Of a stretch of 64,000 nt of DNA, positions 63,245 through 64,000 are shown one piece after another. Every line of letters starts with the position of its first letter. The first letter of the stretch is position 1. The DNA comes from Amoebidium appalachense (taxonomy: Eukaryota; Protista; Ichthyosporea), in the NCBI GenBank assembly GCA_963693365.1, contig CAVNZM010000011.1:3453098-3517097 (forward strand), in the 5' to 3' direction. Both the position numbers and the translations under genes were made by a program. Under the pieces are notes generated by a model that worked only from the letters and a program-made list of their open reading frames with translations, did no database searches and was not told the DNA's origin.

Positions 63245-63579
63245 GTTGGGAGTGGTGAGGGGTGTGTTTTGATTTTGTTGTATGTGTCAGGGGCTGGGTA
63301 TGGCCACAGGGGCTGGCTGATGTATTTTAATATATGACTGTTGATACTGGTAGCACCTTATGGTTTCTGTATTTATGTTAACGAGCATCTTATGGATCAT
63401 AGCATGTAGGCATCTTTTTTTTCTGGTTCTGGATGGTTTAGTATCTTGTGGTTATTATATATGTACAAGTCTTCTGGATGGTTTAGTATCTTGTGGTTAT
63501 TATATATGTACAAGTCTTGTTTTGCTGTTTTCAACCGATTAAATATCGATTGTATACAAAGAAGTCCAGGTCCCTTTTG

Positions 63580-63720
63580 GTACACACTTGCATGCACGTT
63601 CAAAGTCTCCCCCCCCCCCCCCCACACACACACACACACACTCCCTCCCCATGCATGCATGCCCGTGTGGCACACAGTTTGTGTGCTTTCATAAGTCTAT
63701 TGCATGCACGTTCAAAGTCT

Positions 63721-63752
<32 letters not shown>

Positions 63753-63940
63753 CCTCCCCATGCATGCATGCCCGTGTGGCACACAGTTTGTGTGCTTTCA
63801 TAAGTCTATTGCATGCACGTTCAAAGTCTCCCCTCCCCCCCCCACCCCCCCCCTCCCCACACTCCCTCCCCGTGCATGCATGCCCGTGTGGCACACAGTT
63901 TGTGTGCTTTCATAAGTCTATTGCATGCACGTTCAAAGTC

Positions 63941-63991
<51 letters not shown>

Positions 63992-64000
63992 CCTCCCCAT
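63580..64000. repeat. ~110-bp minisatellite
   Basis: TTGCATGCACGTTCAAAGTCTCCCC... units x4, running off the edge. Confidence 0.92.

Overview
The window is eukaryotic genomic DNA with an endogenised large DNA virus (Nucleocytoviricota-like GEVE). Positions 1 to ~34.45 kb are gene-dense, intronless and GC-rich. They encode VLTF3 (runs off the left edge and was missed by the ORF track), a SWIB protein, a retropepsin-like protease, two penton-like proteins, an A16/G9-type entry-fusion protein, an orthodox aquaporin, a NUDIX hydrolase, Bro-like proteins, two CE-clan-like proteases, an A22/RuvC resolvase, an SPPY DNA methyltransferase, an SF3/D5-like helicase and a C2H2 protein. Many of these genes have a shared (A)GGTATAAAAG TATA box and/or AATAAA signals. 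No major capsid, A32 ATPase, polB or RNA polymerase gene was recognised here. From ~34.45 kb the sequence is host-like (minisatellites, poly-C, (TG)n). It holds a tail-to-tail dimer of two TRIMs, an orphan 619-aa ORF, two virus-like ORFs (41.4-42.05 kb), an intact young Ty1/copia element, a 7-exon intact KDM4-like JmjN/JmjC demethylase with minisatellite-filled introns, and an RT-less Ngaro/PAT-like tyrosine-recombinase retroelement. Protein calls come from motif recognition by eye, not database searches. A GEVE next to a KDM4-like gene resembles what I recall being reported for ichthyosporean (Amoebidium) genomes. That host guess is unverified and would lower the novelty of the GEVE itself.
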